From assembly GCA_944372335.1 (NCBI GenBank), contig CALVYQ010000002.1:1159-65158 (forward strand): a stretch of DNA of 64,000 nucleotides, read 5' to 3'. Positions 1 to 9,141 of this stretch are shown here, piece by piece. The notes beneath the pieces were generated by a model, which saw only the letters and a program-made list of their open reading frames with translations, did not search any database and was not told the DNA's origin. This DNA is from an uncultured Clostridia bacterium (GTDB taxonomy: Bacteria > Bacillota > Clostridia > Christensenellales > UBA1242). The position numbers and the translations under genes are program-made. How positions within the stretch are numbered: position 1 is the first letter of the stretch; every line of letters starts with the position of its first letter.

Positions 1-47
1 TGCGATTTTTTATTTATGTTTAATTAAATAATTCATATAATTTTCTA

Positions 48-113
48 TTTATATTTAAACATATAATTTATTATTTTATATTTATATTTAAACATATAAT
101 TTATTATTTTATA
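48..113. repeat. Two identical tandem copies of a 33-bp A/T-rich unit (tttatatttaaacatataatttattattttata), with partial copies on both flanks
   Basis: Read directly: 48-80 and 81-113 are identical. 33-47 and 114-120 resemble unit ends. Confidence 0.9.
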
Positions 114-139
114 TTTAAATTTAATTTCGATTTTAATAA

Positions 140-166
140 AAACTCTATTATGATTTAATAGAGTTT
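140..166 (-). terminator. Hairpin just downstream of the 188-2272 gene
   Basis: 11-bp stem aaactctatta / taatagagttt with a 5-nt loop, 22 nt past the stop codon. Flanks are A/T-rich, but the U-run on the minus strand is imperfect. Confidence 0.5.
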
Positions 167-187
167 ATATTTTGATAATATTTTTAA

Positions 188-2272
188 TTAAAAATGAAGC
201 ACTAATGAACTTAATGTAACTTCTGTTGTGCCAGCAGGTATGCTTCCATAGATAGTGTTTAAGAAGTTATATATTGAATAGTCACCGTTTAAACTGCTTA
301 ATTTAAAGGTTATTCTACGTTCATCACCGCCTTCCAAGATGTAACTGAATGAAACAGGTTCAACTGTAGCTCCAGATGTATCTGTAAAGTTGCTGTTAAG
401 GTCATAAGCAAAGATACCGTCTTCATCAATTATAGAAATGTTGAAGTTTGTGATAGTAAATTCGTTTGGATTGTTGATAAGAGTGTTGCCATTTGCACGT
501 ATATCTGTTGGATAAGTTACGCCATCAATTGTCAACGATGTAACTGATTCGGTAACATCACTTGTCAAAACAATGGAATCGCCTTCGTCATAGTTACCTA
601 AGATGTAATTAAATAGTGCAGATGTACTTCTAAAGTTTTGACTATTTACAGTAACTTCTCCTGACCAAGTTTGAATATTGTCATATTCTGTCCAATTGTT
701 TTCGATGAAGAGTGGGGCAAGTCTTGTAGAGTAGTTAGAAATTGTCACGTTGTCGATTGTGGTTGTTCCTTCATAGTCGCTATCTGAAACTGTAACTGTG
801 AATGAAAGTGCTGTGTAGTTAAGATTGATAGTTTTGGTTGTATTTCCTGCAAATATGCTTGAAGGAAGAATGATTGAACCGCCAGATGTTGTTACCGTAC
901 TATTAGAATATGAGTGGTTATAGTTTAAGTGTCCAACTGTTGTTCCTCCGATATTTGCTGATGTTATCTGATAGCCCAATCTACGAGCTCCACTTGGAAG
1001 AGCTACGGAAGATTGTGTGTCTAGTGCTGTTGCCTGACCAAGATAAGAACTACCGTTGTAAAAGTTAAATGTATAGGTTTCAGCATCTCTTGTGAAGTTA
1101 ACTGTTATATTAATTGTTCCGTTTGCACTGTCTGGATTTCTTGCCATTATCGCATCAACGAGATCTCTTGCATCTCCATAATATGTGCTATTATATGTGA
1201 AGTTTCTAAAATCCCAAGCATATTGACCGAATGTCCAATTTGTAACCACGCTGGCAGAATCAAGAGCGGTTATATTAACATCGCTTACAGTAAATGTTGA
1301 GTTGTTTCTGTATGTTGCGGTTGTGCCAGAAGCAGAGCCGGTAACATGAACAGTATATGAGATTGGAGTTTCTGAAAGTTGAACATCAATATAGTTCACT
1401 CCATCATAACTTGGATTTGCAATCATATCTTCTGTGATTGTTGTAAATTCTTCTCCATTATAGAGCCAAGTTGCTGTGTAGCCATCTCTTTTATAATTAT
1501 TCACACTTTCAATACTGTGAGTTGTATAGTTGTTTCTATTGAATGAATTGCCTGTAAATTCCAAATTTCCGTCATTATAATATCTAACTTGGAAAGATGG
1601 TATATCTTTGTATAATGCTGTTATCTCAATAGGTTCTCCATCTGCAATAGAAGGGAAGATAGCATCAGTATAGATAACATCTTCGTTACCATTGACAATA
1701 TATCCCAAGAAGTCTTGAGTTTCAGTGTCGGTAAGAACAGGTAACTTTCCCTCGCCTGTCAAAGCTTCGCCATATTCAAAGGTATATTCTTGACCTTCAT
1801 ATCGCACTGTGTATTTAATAATATTGAAGATAGCAGTGATATTTTCGTAATCGCCTGTTTGGAAAGAAAGAATATCACTTTCAGAAAGCTTTTTGCCTTC
1901 AAGTTCTAAAGTGAGTTCTTCTTTAATAGTTTCATCTGTTGCTTCATCTATTTCGCCGATAAGTTTAACATATTCCTCATGTGTGCCATCGAACCAATAC
2001 AAGAAGTTAAAGCCTTCGCTGGAATATTCCACGCTTGTTGCTTTTGAGTGGCCATTTATGACACGATATGTGCCACTTTCTGCGTCATATCTAACAGTGG
2101 CACTTGAAGAAGAAATCGTTGGTGCGTCTATATTTTGACTGTCGGTGTATATCTCGAAAGTTGTAGCCGCATTCATAGAATAATATACAGCGATAACAGT
2201 GCCGGCAATAAATAAAGGCAGAACCACCGTAAGTGCACAGATAAGTAACACCTTTGCTAATTTACTGGACAT
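188..2272 (-). CDS. Membrane-anchored surface protein rich in T/N/S/Y, with repeat-like GY-F-GW type segments
   Basis: 694-aa ORF. RBS AGGAGG lies before the ATG. N-terminal hydrophobic anchor (LLICALTVVLPLFIAGTVIAVYY). Recurrent motifs FNFLYWFDG, FLGYIVNG and GYTATWLYNG recall Listeria-Bacteroides (Flg_new) repeats. No sorting signal seen. Confidence 0.7.
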   Translation of the reverse strand: MSSKLAKVLLICALTVVLPLFIAGTVIAVYYSMNAATTFEIYTDSQNIDAPTISSSSATVRYDAESGTYRVINGHSKATSVEYSSEGFNFLYWFDGTHEEYVKLIGEIDEATDETIKEELTLELEGKKLSESDILSFQTGDYENITAIFNIIKYTVRYEGQEYTFEYGEALTGEGKLPVLTDTETQDFLGYIVNGNEDVIYTDAIFPSIADGEPIEITALYKDIPSFQVRYYNDGNLEFTGNSFNRNNYTTHSIESVNNYKRDGYTATWLYNGEEFTTITEDMIANPSYDGVNYIDVQLSETPISYTVHVTGSASGTTATYRNNSTFTVSDVNITALDSASVVTNWTFGQYAWDFRNFTYNSTYYGDARDLVDAIMARNPDSANGTINITVNFTRDAETYTFNFYNGSSYLGQATALDTQSSVALPSGARRLGYQITSANIGGTTVGHLNYNHSYSNSTVTTSGGSIILPSSIFAGNTTKTINLNYTALSFTVTVSDSDYEGTTTIDNVTISNYSTRLAPLFIENNWTEYDNIQTWSGEVTVNSQNFRSTSALFNYILGNYDEGDSIVLTSDVTESVTSLTIDGVTYPTDIRANGNTLINNPNEFTITNFNISIIDEDGIFAYDLNSNFTDTSGATVEPVSFSYILEGGDERRITFKLSSLNGDYSIYNFLNTIYGSIPAGTTEVTLSSLVLHF

Positions 2273-2295
2273 AATAACCTCCTAAGTTTGAGATT

Positions 2296-2324
2296 ATTAT
2301 ACCACATATTTTCATTTATTTCAA
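2296..2324 (-). promoter_or_regulatory. Sigma-A-type promoter for the 188-2272 gene
   Basis: On the minus strand: TTGAAA (2319-2324), 17-nt spacer, TATAAT (2296-2301), preceded by a TGg extended -10. Confidence 0.6.
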
Positions 2325-2364
2325 TACCCTTTTATAAATTTTGCGAAAAACTTGTAAAAATTTA

Positions 2365-3087
2365 TCAACAATCCATCAACATTTTGTCGGCAATAAGTGC
2401 AATTAGCTCACCATTTGTCGGCTTTTCGTTTCGATTATATATTTTAAGGCCGAAAATATTGTTGATATTCTCAATCTTGCCTCTGTTCCAAGCAACTTCA
2501 ATAGCGTGTCGCATTCCCCTTTCCACCTTGCTGGAACTTGTATCAAAACGCTCGGCAATGGTCGGGTAGAGTTTCTTTGTGATGGAGCTGATAATTTCCG
2601 GCTCTTCCACTGCAAGCTTCACCGCCTCTCGAAGAAATTGGTAGCCTTTGATATGTGCAGGAATGCCGATGCTTATAAAAATATTGGAAATCTTTTCATC
2701 AAGTTGCCTATTTTCTTGACTATGGTTATTAGACAAAATCTCGTTTATTCTACTTTCCAAATTTTCAGCATTGATTGGCTTAATCATAAAATAACTTGCT
2801 CCCATCTGTAGTGCCTTGGTCACAAAGCCACTGTGTGAAAGGCTGGAAATAAAGATGACTTTTGGAGTTTTTTCTTTCAAAACCTTTATCTTTTCAAACA
2901 CAGCAAAGCCATCTAACTTTGAAAGCATAACCTCCATCACAAGAATATCTGGTTGAAGTTTGATAACGCTGTTTGTCACCTCTTCGCCGTCACTAGAAGA
3001 ACCCACAACCTCAAAGCCCTCTTTTCCTTTAAAGTAATCTACTAAGTTTTCTCCGTCTATATCAGCAATATAAATTTTTTTACTCAT
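2365..3087 (-). CDS. spo0A: Sporulation master response regulator Spo0A
   Basis: 240 aa. Receiver domain (DILVMEVMLSKLDG) plus the Spo0A-specific C-terminal DNA-binding region (GIPAHIKGYQFLREAV, SSKVERGMRHAIEVAWNRG). RBS AAGGAG. Confidence 0.93.
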   Translation of the reverse strand: MSKKIYIADIDGENLVDYFKGKEGFEVVGSSSDGEEVTNSVIKLQPDILVMEVMLSKLDGFAVFEKIKVLKEKTPKVIFISSLSHSGFVTKALQMGASYFMIKPINAENLESRINEILSNNHSQENRQLDEKISNIFISIGIPAHIKGYQFLREAVKLAVEEPEIISSITKKLYPTIAERFDTSSSKVERGMRHAIEVAWNRGKIENINNIFGLKIYNRNEKPTNGELIALIADKMLMDC

Positions 3088-3197
3088 TTTTAACTCCTTA
3101 TTTTTTGCTCTTTCTGCAAAACATTATTAAGATAGCATAATTATTACCAATACTAAAAGAAGAAAATGCCGATATTATGTCGTGTTTAAAAGATATT

Positions 3198-3204
3198 TGT
3201 CGAA
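3198..3204 (+). promoter_or_regulatory. Consensus 0A box (TGTCGAA) in the spo0A upstream region
   Basis: Exact TGTCGAA about 110 nt upstream of the spo0A ATG. A 7-mer can occur by chance. Confidence 0.35.
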
Positions 3205-3340
3205 TTTTGGCTGAAAGGAAAAATTTAATGTAAAAATTAAAAGAATTGTCCTTTCTTTTAGAGGAAATTAGGAAAAAATTAAAAAAAGAATATTTTTGCA
3301 AAGAATAAAATAGAAAAACCACTTTTAAATAAATCTTCAT

Positions 3341-3366
3341 AAAAAAACGCACCTAAATAGGTGCGT
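3341..3366 (-). terminator. Intrinsic terminator after the lipoprotein gene 3407-4897
   Basis: Stem acgcacct / aggtgcgt, loop aaat, followed on the minus strand by a 7-U run (A-run 3341-3347 on plus). Confidence 0.85.
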
Positions 3367-3406
3367 AAATTTTTATAATTTAATATTAGTGGTTAGATTT
3401 TAAATA

Positions 3407-4897
3407 TTAGCTTCTATAAACATAAGATGAATGCCTTTCTTCATAGCTTGTAACGCCTAAAAGTTGAGTAGCACCTGTTGAAATGCTAACTCTATAAAGA
3501 TATACGCCACTATCAAGTGATGTTATATCCTCTTCTTCGTCACTCACTTCAATTCCAGCCTCTTCTTTCTCTTTGTCTATAAGTTCTTGCTCCTCATCAG
3601 TCAATGCTTCAAGTCCAGCATAGAAGTAGATATAATCTCCATCATAACTATATACTCCTGTGTTTATTGATGTCATTGTTGCAAGCGTCTTAGTCGCTGT
3701 CAAAGATATATCTCCGTTTCCTAGAGCAAGTCTTGCAAAGTCAACCTCATAAATTCCTGTTGAAGTGATGAGATAGGCAAGTCTATCATCAACAACCATG
3801 ATTGTAGCACTTGATAAGTCTGTTCCCTCAGCATCACTAATAGATACCTCTCCGCTTCCGTTCATAGTGTTTTTATAGTAAATACTTTCATTTGCGGTAT
3901 AAATTACCGTTTCTAGTGATGTGCCATATTGAATGACAAAAACATTCGATATTGTTGCTGTGGAAAATTCGTGTGCATTATCAACAAGAATGATGTTGTT
4001 TCTATAGAATTCTCCTGACAAGTCTTTTACATTGTTATAATATGTTCTTGGGATTGAACCAGAGGTGTAGGTGTAGAAGATAAGGTCGTTTTGTCTATAA
4101 ACGAAGGAAACAGTACCATTTTTATCCCCTACAACCATAGCTTCCTCAGCATCGTTTGCTGTGACTGCTATCTCTTTAACTCTTGAGACACTGTTTTCGT
4201 CAGAGTCTGTGAAATATATCATACCATTCCATTCATCTGTGTAGCCATCAAGCTCTGCTCCCTTTGTGCTTGGAATAGCCACACTAGTGACACGTTCACC
4301 TAAAATTTTTGTGCTTCCTCTGCCGTTATTTAATCTTGTAACAAACAAGCTTTCGCCAGCATACGCCACAACATAGTAATTTCCATCATATTTGAGCACT
4401 TCAATCTCATTGACCTCGCCTTGGTATGTGTAAATCTCTCTGTTACCGTCACCATTTAACTTCACAGAGCAAAGCACAGAATAATTAAATTGATAGGACG
4501 CTCCCTCTTCATTTGTGTAGCGGTGAACATCAGGCTTTAAATAATAGATATAATTGCCAATTGCAAACATAAATTGATTTTCATTTGCAATAGCTTCGCT
4601 GTTGACTTTCTCCACTCCATTAGGTGTAAAATTTTGACCCTTAGCATCGACATTTTCAAGATTTATACGTGCAAGATATGAGCTTTTTCTCACATCTCTC
4701 AGGCCTGCTAAATCTGTCAAAGAAGAAACTTCGTTATATGCATTGCCAAAATAGAGATAATCGCCAATCGTAACACCAGCATTGCCGTTGTAGATAAGTT
4801 CGCTATTATCGTTTGTGACCATCGAAACAGTGGAGCAGCCCGCAAGGACAAATCCAAAAGATAGAATGCAACATAGAACCATTAAAAATTTTTTCAT
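3407..4897 (-). CDS. Lipoprotein, probably beta-propeller-like, function unknown
   Basis: 496 aa. Signal peptide with lipobox LAGC (MKKFLMVLCCILSFGFVLAGCS). Repeated YIYF/IYY-type strands. Acidic tail. Confidence 0.75.
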   Translation of the reverse strand: MKKFLMVLCCILSFGFVLAGCSTVSMVTNDNSELIYNGNAGVTIGDYLYFGNAYNEVSSLTDLAGLRDVRKSSYLARINLENVDAKGQNFTPNGVEKVNSEAIANENQFMFAIGNYIYYLKPDVHRYTNEEGASYQFNYSVLCSVKLNGDGNREIYTYQGEVNEIEVLKYDGNYYVVAYAGESLFVTRLNNGRGSTKILGERVTSVAIPSTKGAELDGYTDEWNGMIYFTDSDENSVSRVKEIAVTANDAEEAMVVGDKNGTVSFVYRQNDLIFYTYTSGSIPRTYYNNVKDLSGEFYRNNIILVDNAHEFSTATISNVFVIQYGTSLETVIYTANESIYYKNTMNGSGEVSISDAEGTDLSSATIMVVDDRLAYLITSTGIYEVDFARLALGNGDISLTATKTLATMTSINTGVYSYDGDYIYFYAGLEALTDEEQELIDKEKEEAGIEVSDEEEDITSLDSGVYLYRVSISTGATQLLGVTSYEERHSSYVYRS

Positions 4898-4993
4898 AGT
4901 AACTCCATTTGTCTATTTTACAATATTATAATTAGCATTGTCAATAATATTTGATTAATTTATACCCGCCAAAATCATACAATAATCGACCTT

Positions 4994-5689
4994 TTATACT
5001 TCAATCGGTATGAGAGTATTATTGACAATATCGCAAGAAGTAAGATAATATGTCACCTCATTTTTTTTAAGAATAAGCTTCTGTCGGCAGTATGCGTGAA
5101 TATGTCCATAGACAACGGCATCTACCTTATATTCCTCTAAGAGCTTCGTTATTTCATTATCTTCCTCTTTGAATGAGTATGGAGGATAATGCAACATACA
5201 GATTAACTTATCACCCTCTTCTTGAAGTTTCTTGGCACTATCAAGGGTGAGTTTAAGCCTGATAAGTTCACGGTTATATATTTTTATATCCTCTTCGCTC
5301 GCTTTTTTTAAATCTGGAATATTCCAAAGCCTTGTTCCGCAGATGACAACATTTTCAAACTTTATCGCATCATTTTGTATAGCGTAGAAATTTGGGGGCA
5401 AAATATTTCTTACCGCACTTATGCTCTTCCACCAATAATCGTGGTTGCCTCTTATTATCACCTTCTTGCCCGGCAAGTCTTTCAGCATAGCAAAATCGGC
5501 TCTTACATCGTCTATCTTCATTGCCCAACTGAAATCACCCGCAAGTAACACAACATCTTCCTCGGTCACCTTTGCCCGCCAATCGTCAAAGATTTTTTCG
5601 ATGTAGTTCTCCCAAGTCGGCCCAAAGATATCCATAGGCTTAGGATTATTGACAGAAAGATGCAAATCGCTTATAGCAAAGATTTTCAT
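4994..5689 (-). CDS. Calcineurin-like metallophosphoesterase
   Basis: 231 aa. Motifs ISDLHL, GDFSW, GNHDYWW, HYPP and GHIH. Start overlaps the upstream stop (ATGA). Confidence 0.85.
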   Translation of the reverse strand: MKIFAISDLHLSVNNPKPMDIFGPTWENYIEKIFDDWRAKVTEEDVVLLAGDFSWAMKIDDVRADFAMLKDLPGKKVIIRGNHDYWWKSISAVRNILPPNFYAIQNDAIKFENVVICGTRLWNIPDLKKASEEDIKIYNRELIRLKLTLDSAKKLQEEGDKLICMLHYPPYSFKEEDNEITKLLEEYKVDAVVYGHIHAYCRQKLILKKNEVTYYLTSCDIVNNTLIPIEV

Positions 5690-6111
5690 ACAAATTCCTT
5701 AAAGACTTCTTGCACAAGACGCATATCGCAACGTCCAGCGAAATTTGCCTTAAAGTGTTTCATAACGTTTGGAATAGACTTATCATCAAGTTTAGAAATC
5801 TCCACCTTTATCTCTTCACGAGTCATCTGTTTTGGAAGATAGGTGTTAGCTATTTCAATCTGACGCTCAATATTTTTAACCTCGGCTTCGTTGCCAGCCT
5901 TATGATAGTTCTCTTTTTCATCACCTAATTCTTTAATCATCTTTTGAAGGATAGAAGCTATGTCACTATCTTCAACAAGCTGACCTTTTTCACGCTTATT
6001 TATTCTTTCAAGCAAAATCTTATTCATCAAAACGCTGTAAAATGCACGTGCAACAGTATCCTTGTTTTTAATGGCTTCAATATTTGCTTTTTTAATTTGT
6101 TCTTCAATCAT
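5686..6111 (-). CDS. yqeY: GatB/YqeY-domain protein
   Basis: 141 aa with the typical YqeY layout (KDTVARAFYSVLMNKI ... TYLPKQMTREEI ... MKHFKANFAGRCDMRLV). RBS GGAG. Confidence 0.8.
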   Translation of the reverse strand: MIEEQIKKANIEAIKNKDTVARAFYSVLMNKILLERINKREKGQLVEDSDIASILQKMIKELGDEKENYHKAGNEAEVKNIERQIEIANTYLPKQMTREEIKVEISKLDDKSIPNVMKHFKANFAGRCDMRLVQEVFKEFV

Positions 6112-6229
6112 AATTAACTCCTTAACTATTTAAGTATATCATAAAAATAAAAAAATGCAAAATGTTTATCAAAAAAGAGATGGCTTTAATGTTCATTTTG
6201 CAAATTTTTAGTTCTTGATAGCATAAATC

Positions 6230-6844
6230 TTATTTTTTATCTTTTATAGATGAAAATAGTAATCTATTTTCTATTAGATATTCTCTACATCTATTATCCA
6301 AAATTTGTAAATTATTTGAGCATTTTTTTATCACTCTGACCGTCTTTGGAAAAACATTATATTCCGCATCTCGTGCGTTTTCAACAGCAAGAGCGATACT
6401 TGTTGCACGTGTCTCCTGCCTGCCGGTTATGAAGTCAATCACACTCTCTTTACGCCTACTGTCATTTTTTTGGACAATCTCTTTCACCATATATCTAAGA
6501 GACTTTCCAGCTTTAGCGTAGTTATAGATGTTTTCTGTTATCTCATAAAAATAGCCCGTTCCAAATTTCATACCATAATAGTCACGAATACCGCAGATAT
6601 CACCGATATAGTAGCTGTTGCCACGCTTAAAGAAGCCACCCTCTATGCAGATTGCTCTGTCATATAGACGCAAGCGTCTTGCCTGAAGAATGGAAGAAAT
6701 CTTTTGTAGCACTTCCTTATCAATCAAAGGCTTTACAACGCCGTCCTCATATACAATGCTGACACGCCTACCAAGAAAGCTCTTCATAACAACAGTCTCT
6801 TTCACCACATTTTTGAAATCTTCAATTAAATATAACTTTGCCAT
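6230..6844 (-). CDS. Hypothetical protein
   Basis: 204-aa ORF with RBS GAGGAAAA. No motif recognised. Confidence 0.6.
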   Translation of the reverse strand: MAKLYLIEDFKNVVKETVVMKSFLGRRVSIVYEDGVVKPLIDKEVLQKISSILQARRLRLYDRAICIEGGFFKRGNSYYIGDICGIRDYYGMKFGTGYFYEITENIYNYAKAGKSLRYMVKEIVQKNDSRRKESVIDFITGRQETRATSIALAVENARDAEYNVFPKTVRVIKKCSNNLQILDNRCREYLIENRLLFSSIKDKK

Positions 6845-6897
6845 AGCTTTTCCTCAATCTGAGGATAACACAAAATTAACTGTTTGTCAATATCCAT

Positions 6898-7443
6898 TTA
6901 GCTAACTAAGAATTTGACAACCACCGGCACGGCATTCTCCATAGCAAGCACAAAGAGGCGATTAATTTCAGGCGAATATTTCATTCCACCTTGAATAGCG
7001 ATAAGTTTTTTTGCGTTTATATCCAAAGTATCTACCATACTTTCACAAATAAGATTTGAAATGACATAGTATGCGTTATCCTTGTCGATATTACCTTTGA
7101 TAATTGCCTGCTTAAGCACATCATCAGAATTGAAAATGCTATCTAAGGCAAACTTTATGATATACTCTGATTTTTCCATAGAAAAACAGTTTCCGTTAGC
7201 TGAAGCTAAAATTTGCCAAGAAAGATAGAGGCTATAATGAGGCCTTAAAAATTTCGGCAAGCCCTTATTGTAAAAATATGCCAAAACATCTTGAGCAATA
7301 GCGTCTCCTTCTAGTGCCTTTGTTCCGATATCCGTGAATACCTCATCAAACTTTCCATTTTCGCTGGCGTCCAAAATCATACGACGATATTTTACAAAGC
7401 CTTTATATGCTTTATCTCTGTCAATAAATTTTTTATAGTCCAT
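6898..7443 (-). CDS. Hypothetical protein with one Sel1-like repeat
   Basis: 181-aa ORF, RBS AGGAGAG. GDAIAQDVLAYFYNKG resembles a Sel1/TPR-type repeat. Confidence 0.55.
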   Translation of the reverse strand: MDYKKFIDRDKAYKGFVKYRRMILDASENGKFDEVFTDIGTKALEGDAIAQDVLAYFYNKGLPKFLRPHYSLYLSWQILASANGNCFSMEKSEYIIKFALDSIFNSDDVLKQAIIKGNIDKDNAYYVISNLICESMVDTLDINAKKLIAIQGGMKYSPEINRLFVLAMENAVPVVVKFLVS

Positions 7444-7523
7444 GTTCTCTCCTATGCCATTATTTTAATCAATTTAAGAAATTTCTGCAAACAAATTGCG
7501 TATTTTCCCACTTTTTTGATGAG

Positions 7524-7564
7524 TTATCCACATTTACACACAAGTTATCCACAATTTATCCACA
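7524..7564 (+). promoter_or_regulatory. Cluster of three perfect DnaA boxes (TTATCCACA), all in the same orientation
   Basis: Exact TTATCCACA at 7524-7532, 7545-7553 and 7556-7564. The 17-mer ttatccacatttacaca occurs twice. The cluster lies 80-120 nt upstream of the 6898-7443 gene. Confidence 0.75.
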
Positions 7565-7689
7565 TTTACACATTACTTTCGACTTATATCACAACTTTTG
7601 ACAAATTTATTAGAACATTGTGCAAAACTTAAATTTTAAATAAAAAATTTTTAATATAGGATTCTATATTAAAAATTTTTTTGTAATGA

Positions 7690-9141
7690 TTATAAGATTG
7701 GAGCTCCGAGTCTATAAATTGCCTGCAAGAATTTTGTGTACCATCGTCTATCTTTATAATATTGTTGGTCAACCTTTATAGAGTTTCTAATATCCTCCAT
7801 AACGCTTTTTGTATATTCCAAATTTAGTTCCTTTGAATACATTATGACAGTATCTTCAAAGTTTAGAGCAAAGGAGCGGTTGTCTGTGTTACAAGTTCCG
7901 ATTGAAAGTTTATTGTCATCGACTAATAGCGCCTTGCTATGCAAAAAGCCCCGATAGAGATAAACTTCTGCCCCCAAATCAAGTACCTCTTTGAGATAGG
8001 ATATTGAAACATGAAAGATGGCTTTGTGGTCAGGCTTAAGAGGAATTATTATAACCACCCTAACTCCACTTGCAAGAGCTATCTTTATAGCCGAAAGAAA
8101 ACTATCGTCCGGAACAAAGTATGGCGTTTCAATCACCACATGTTTCTCTGCGTTTGTAATCATCTTTATATAGGTTTCTTTAATCTTTTGAATTGGCAAA
8201 TCTGGCCCAGAATCAACAACCTGCAAATTTATATCTCCCTTTTTCCTTATTTTAGGGAAATAGCCAGCCTTGACGTATTCATCTGGAGACTTTTCCTCTT
8301 TTTGAGTGTAACGCCAATCATTTAAAAAGATGTTTTGAAGGATATACACTCCGCTTCCCTCAATTCTTATATGAGTATCTCGCCAAGGGGAAGTCTTCTT
8401 TTTAGTGCCATAGATATGGTCGTTTCTTATATTCATTCCGCCGGTGTAGCCAATTTTTCCGTCAATAACAACAATCTTTCTGTGATTACGGTAGTTCATC
8501 TTTAAATTTAATAGCCTTATATGAGCAAAAGGTGGGAAAAATTCTGCCACTTGACCGCCTGCCTTTTTGAGCTTACGGAAGAAACGTCTTGGAGCGCCCA
8601 AACAGCCGATTGAGTCGTATATAAATTTGACCTTAACCCCCTCTCTAGCTTTCTTTATAAGAATGTCCATAATCTCTTCGCCTACCTCATCGTCAGCAAA
8701 GATATAGTATTCCATATTTATTGTTTCTTTTGCGGACAAGAGATCTTTTTTTAAATCTGCCATCTTATCCGTGCCCCAACGATAAAATTTTACGCTATTG
8801 CCCGGACAGAGGATACTTCCAAAGGTATAACAGCACTTGACAAGCCCAACATCGTCTTTAAGCTCGCTTCGTAAGTTATCTTGCATGGAAAGTATTCGCT
8901 TGATTTCATCATTATAGTCAAGATAATAGAGCTTGTGCTTTCTTATCATTCGCCTTGTTCTTATCGAAAGCCCGTTGCCCATGACTATATAAAAGACATA
9001 GCCGACAATCGGAAGTATGGTGAGGATTGTTGTCCAGCAGACAATGGTGGTAAATTTCTTTCTCTCCAAAAACACCATGGATAGGAAGAGAAGAAAGTTT
9101 AATGAATAGGTGGCAACAAACACCCAGAACCAAGAATTCAT
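7690..9141 (-). CDS. cls: Cardiolipin synthase (phospholipase D family)
   Basis: 483 aa. Two N-terminal TM helices and two HKD motifs (HRKIVVIDG..GGMN and HSKALLVDD..GTCN). The ATG overlaps the stop of the giant gene. Confidence 0.92.
   Translation of the reverse strand: MNSWFWVFVATYSLNFLLFLSMVFLERKKFTTIVCWTTILTILPIVGYVFYIVMGNGLSIRTRRMIRKHKLYYLDYNDEIKRILSMQDNLRSELKDDVGLVKCCYTFGSILCPGNSVKFYRWGTDKMADLKKDLLSAKETINMEYYIFADDEVGEEIMDILIKKAREGVKVKFIYDSIGCLGAPRRFFRKLKKAGGQVAEFFPPFAHIRLLNLKMNYRNHRKIVVIDGKIGYTGGMNIRNDHIYGTKKKTSPWRDTHIRIEGSGVYILQNIFLNDWRYTQKEEKSPDEYVKAGYFPKIRKKGDINLQVVDSGPDLPIQKIKETYIKMITNAEKHVVIETPYFVPDDSFLSAIKIALASGVRVVIIIPLKPDHKAIFHVSISYLKEVLDLGAEVYLYRGFLHSKALLVDDNKLSIGTCNTDNRSFALNFEDTVIMYSKELNLEYTKSVMEDIRNSIKVDQQYYKDRRWYTKFLQAIYRLGAPIL

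Noticed and set aside
3098-3352. 84-aa ORF in the spacer upstream of spo0A
   Set aside because: Extremely A/T-rich F/K/I/S low-complexity translation with no RBS. It overlaps a terminator hairpin and the likely spo0A promoter region.
7444-7689. Chromosomal replication origin at the DnaA-box cluster
   Set aside because: No dnaA/dnaN is nearby, there are only three boxes, and gene orientation is minus on both sides with no strand-bias switch. A regulatory or titration site seems more likely, but whole-contig GC skew is needed to exclude an origin.
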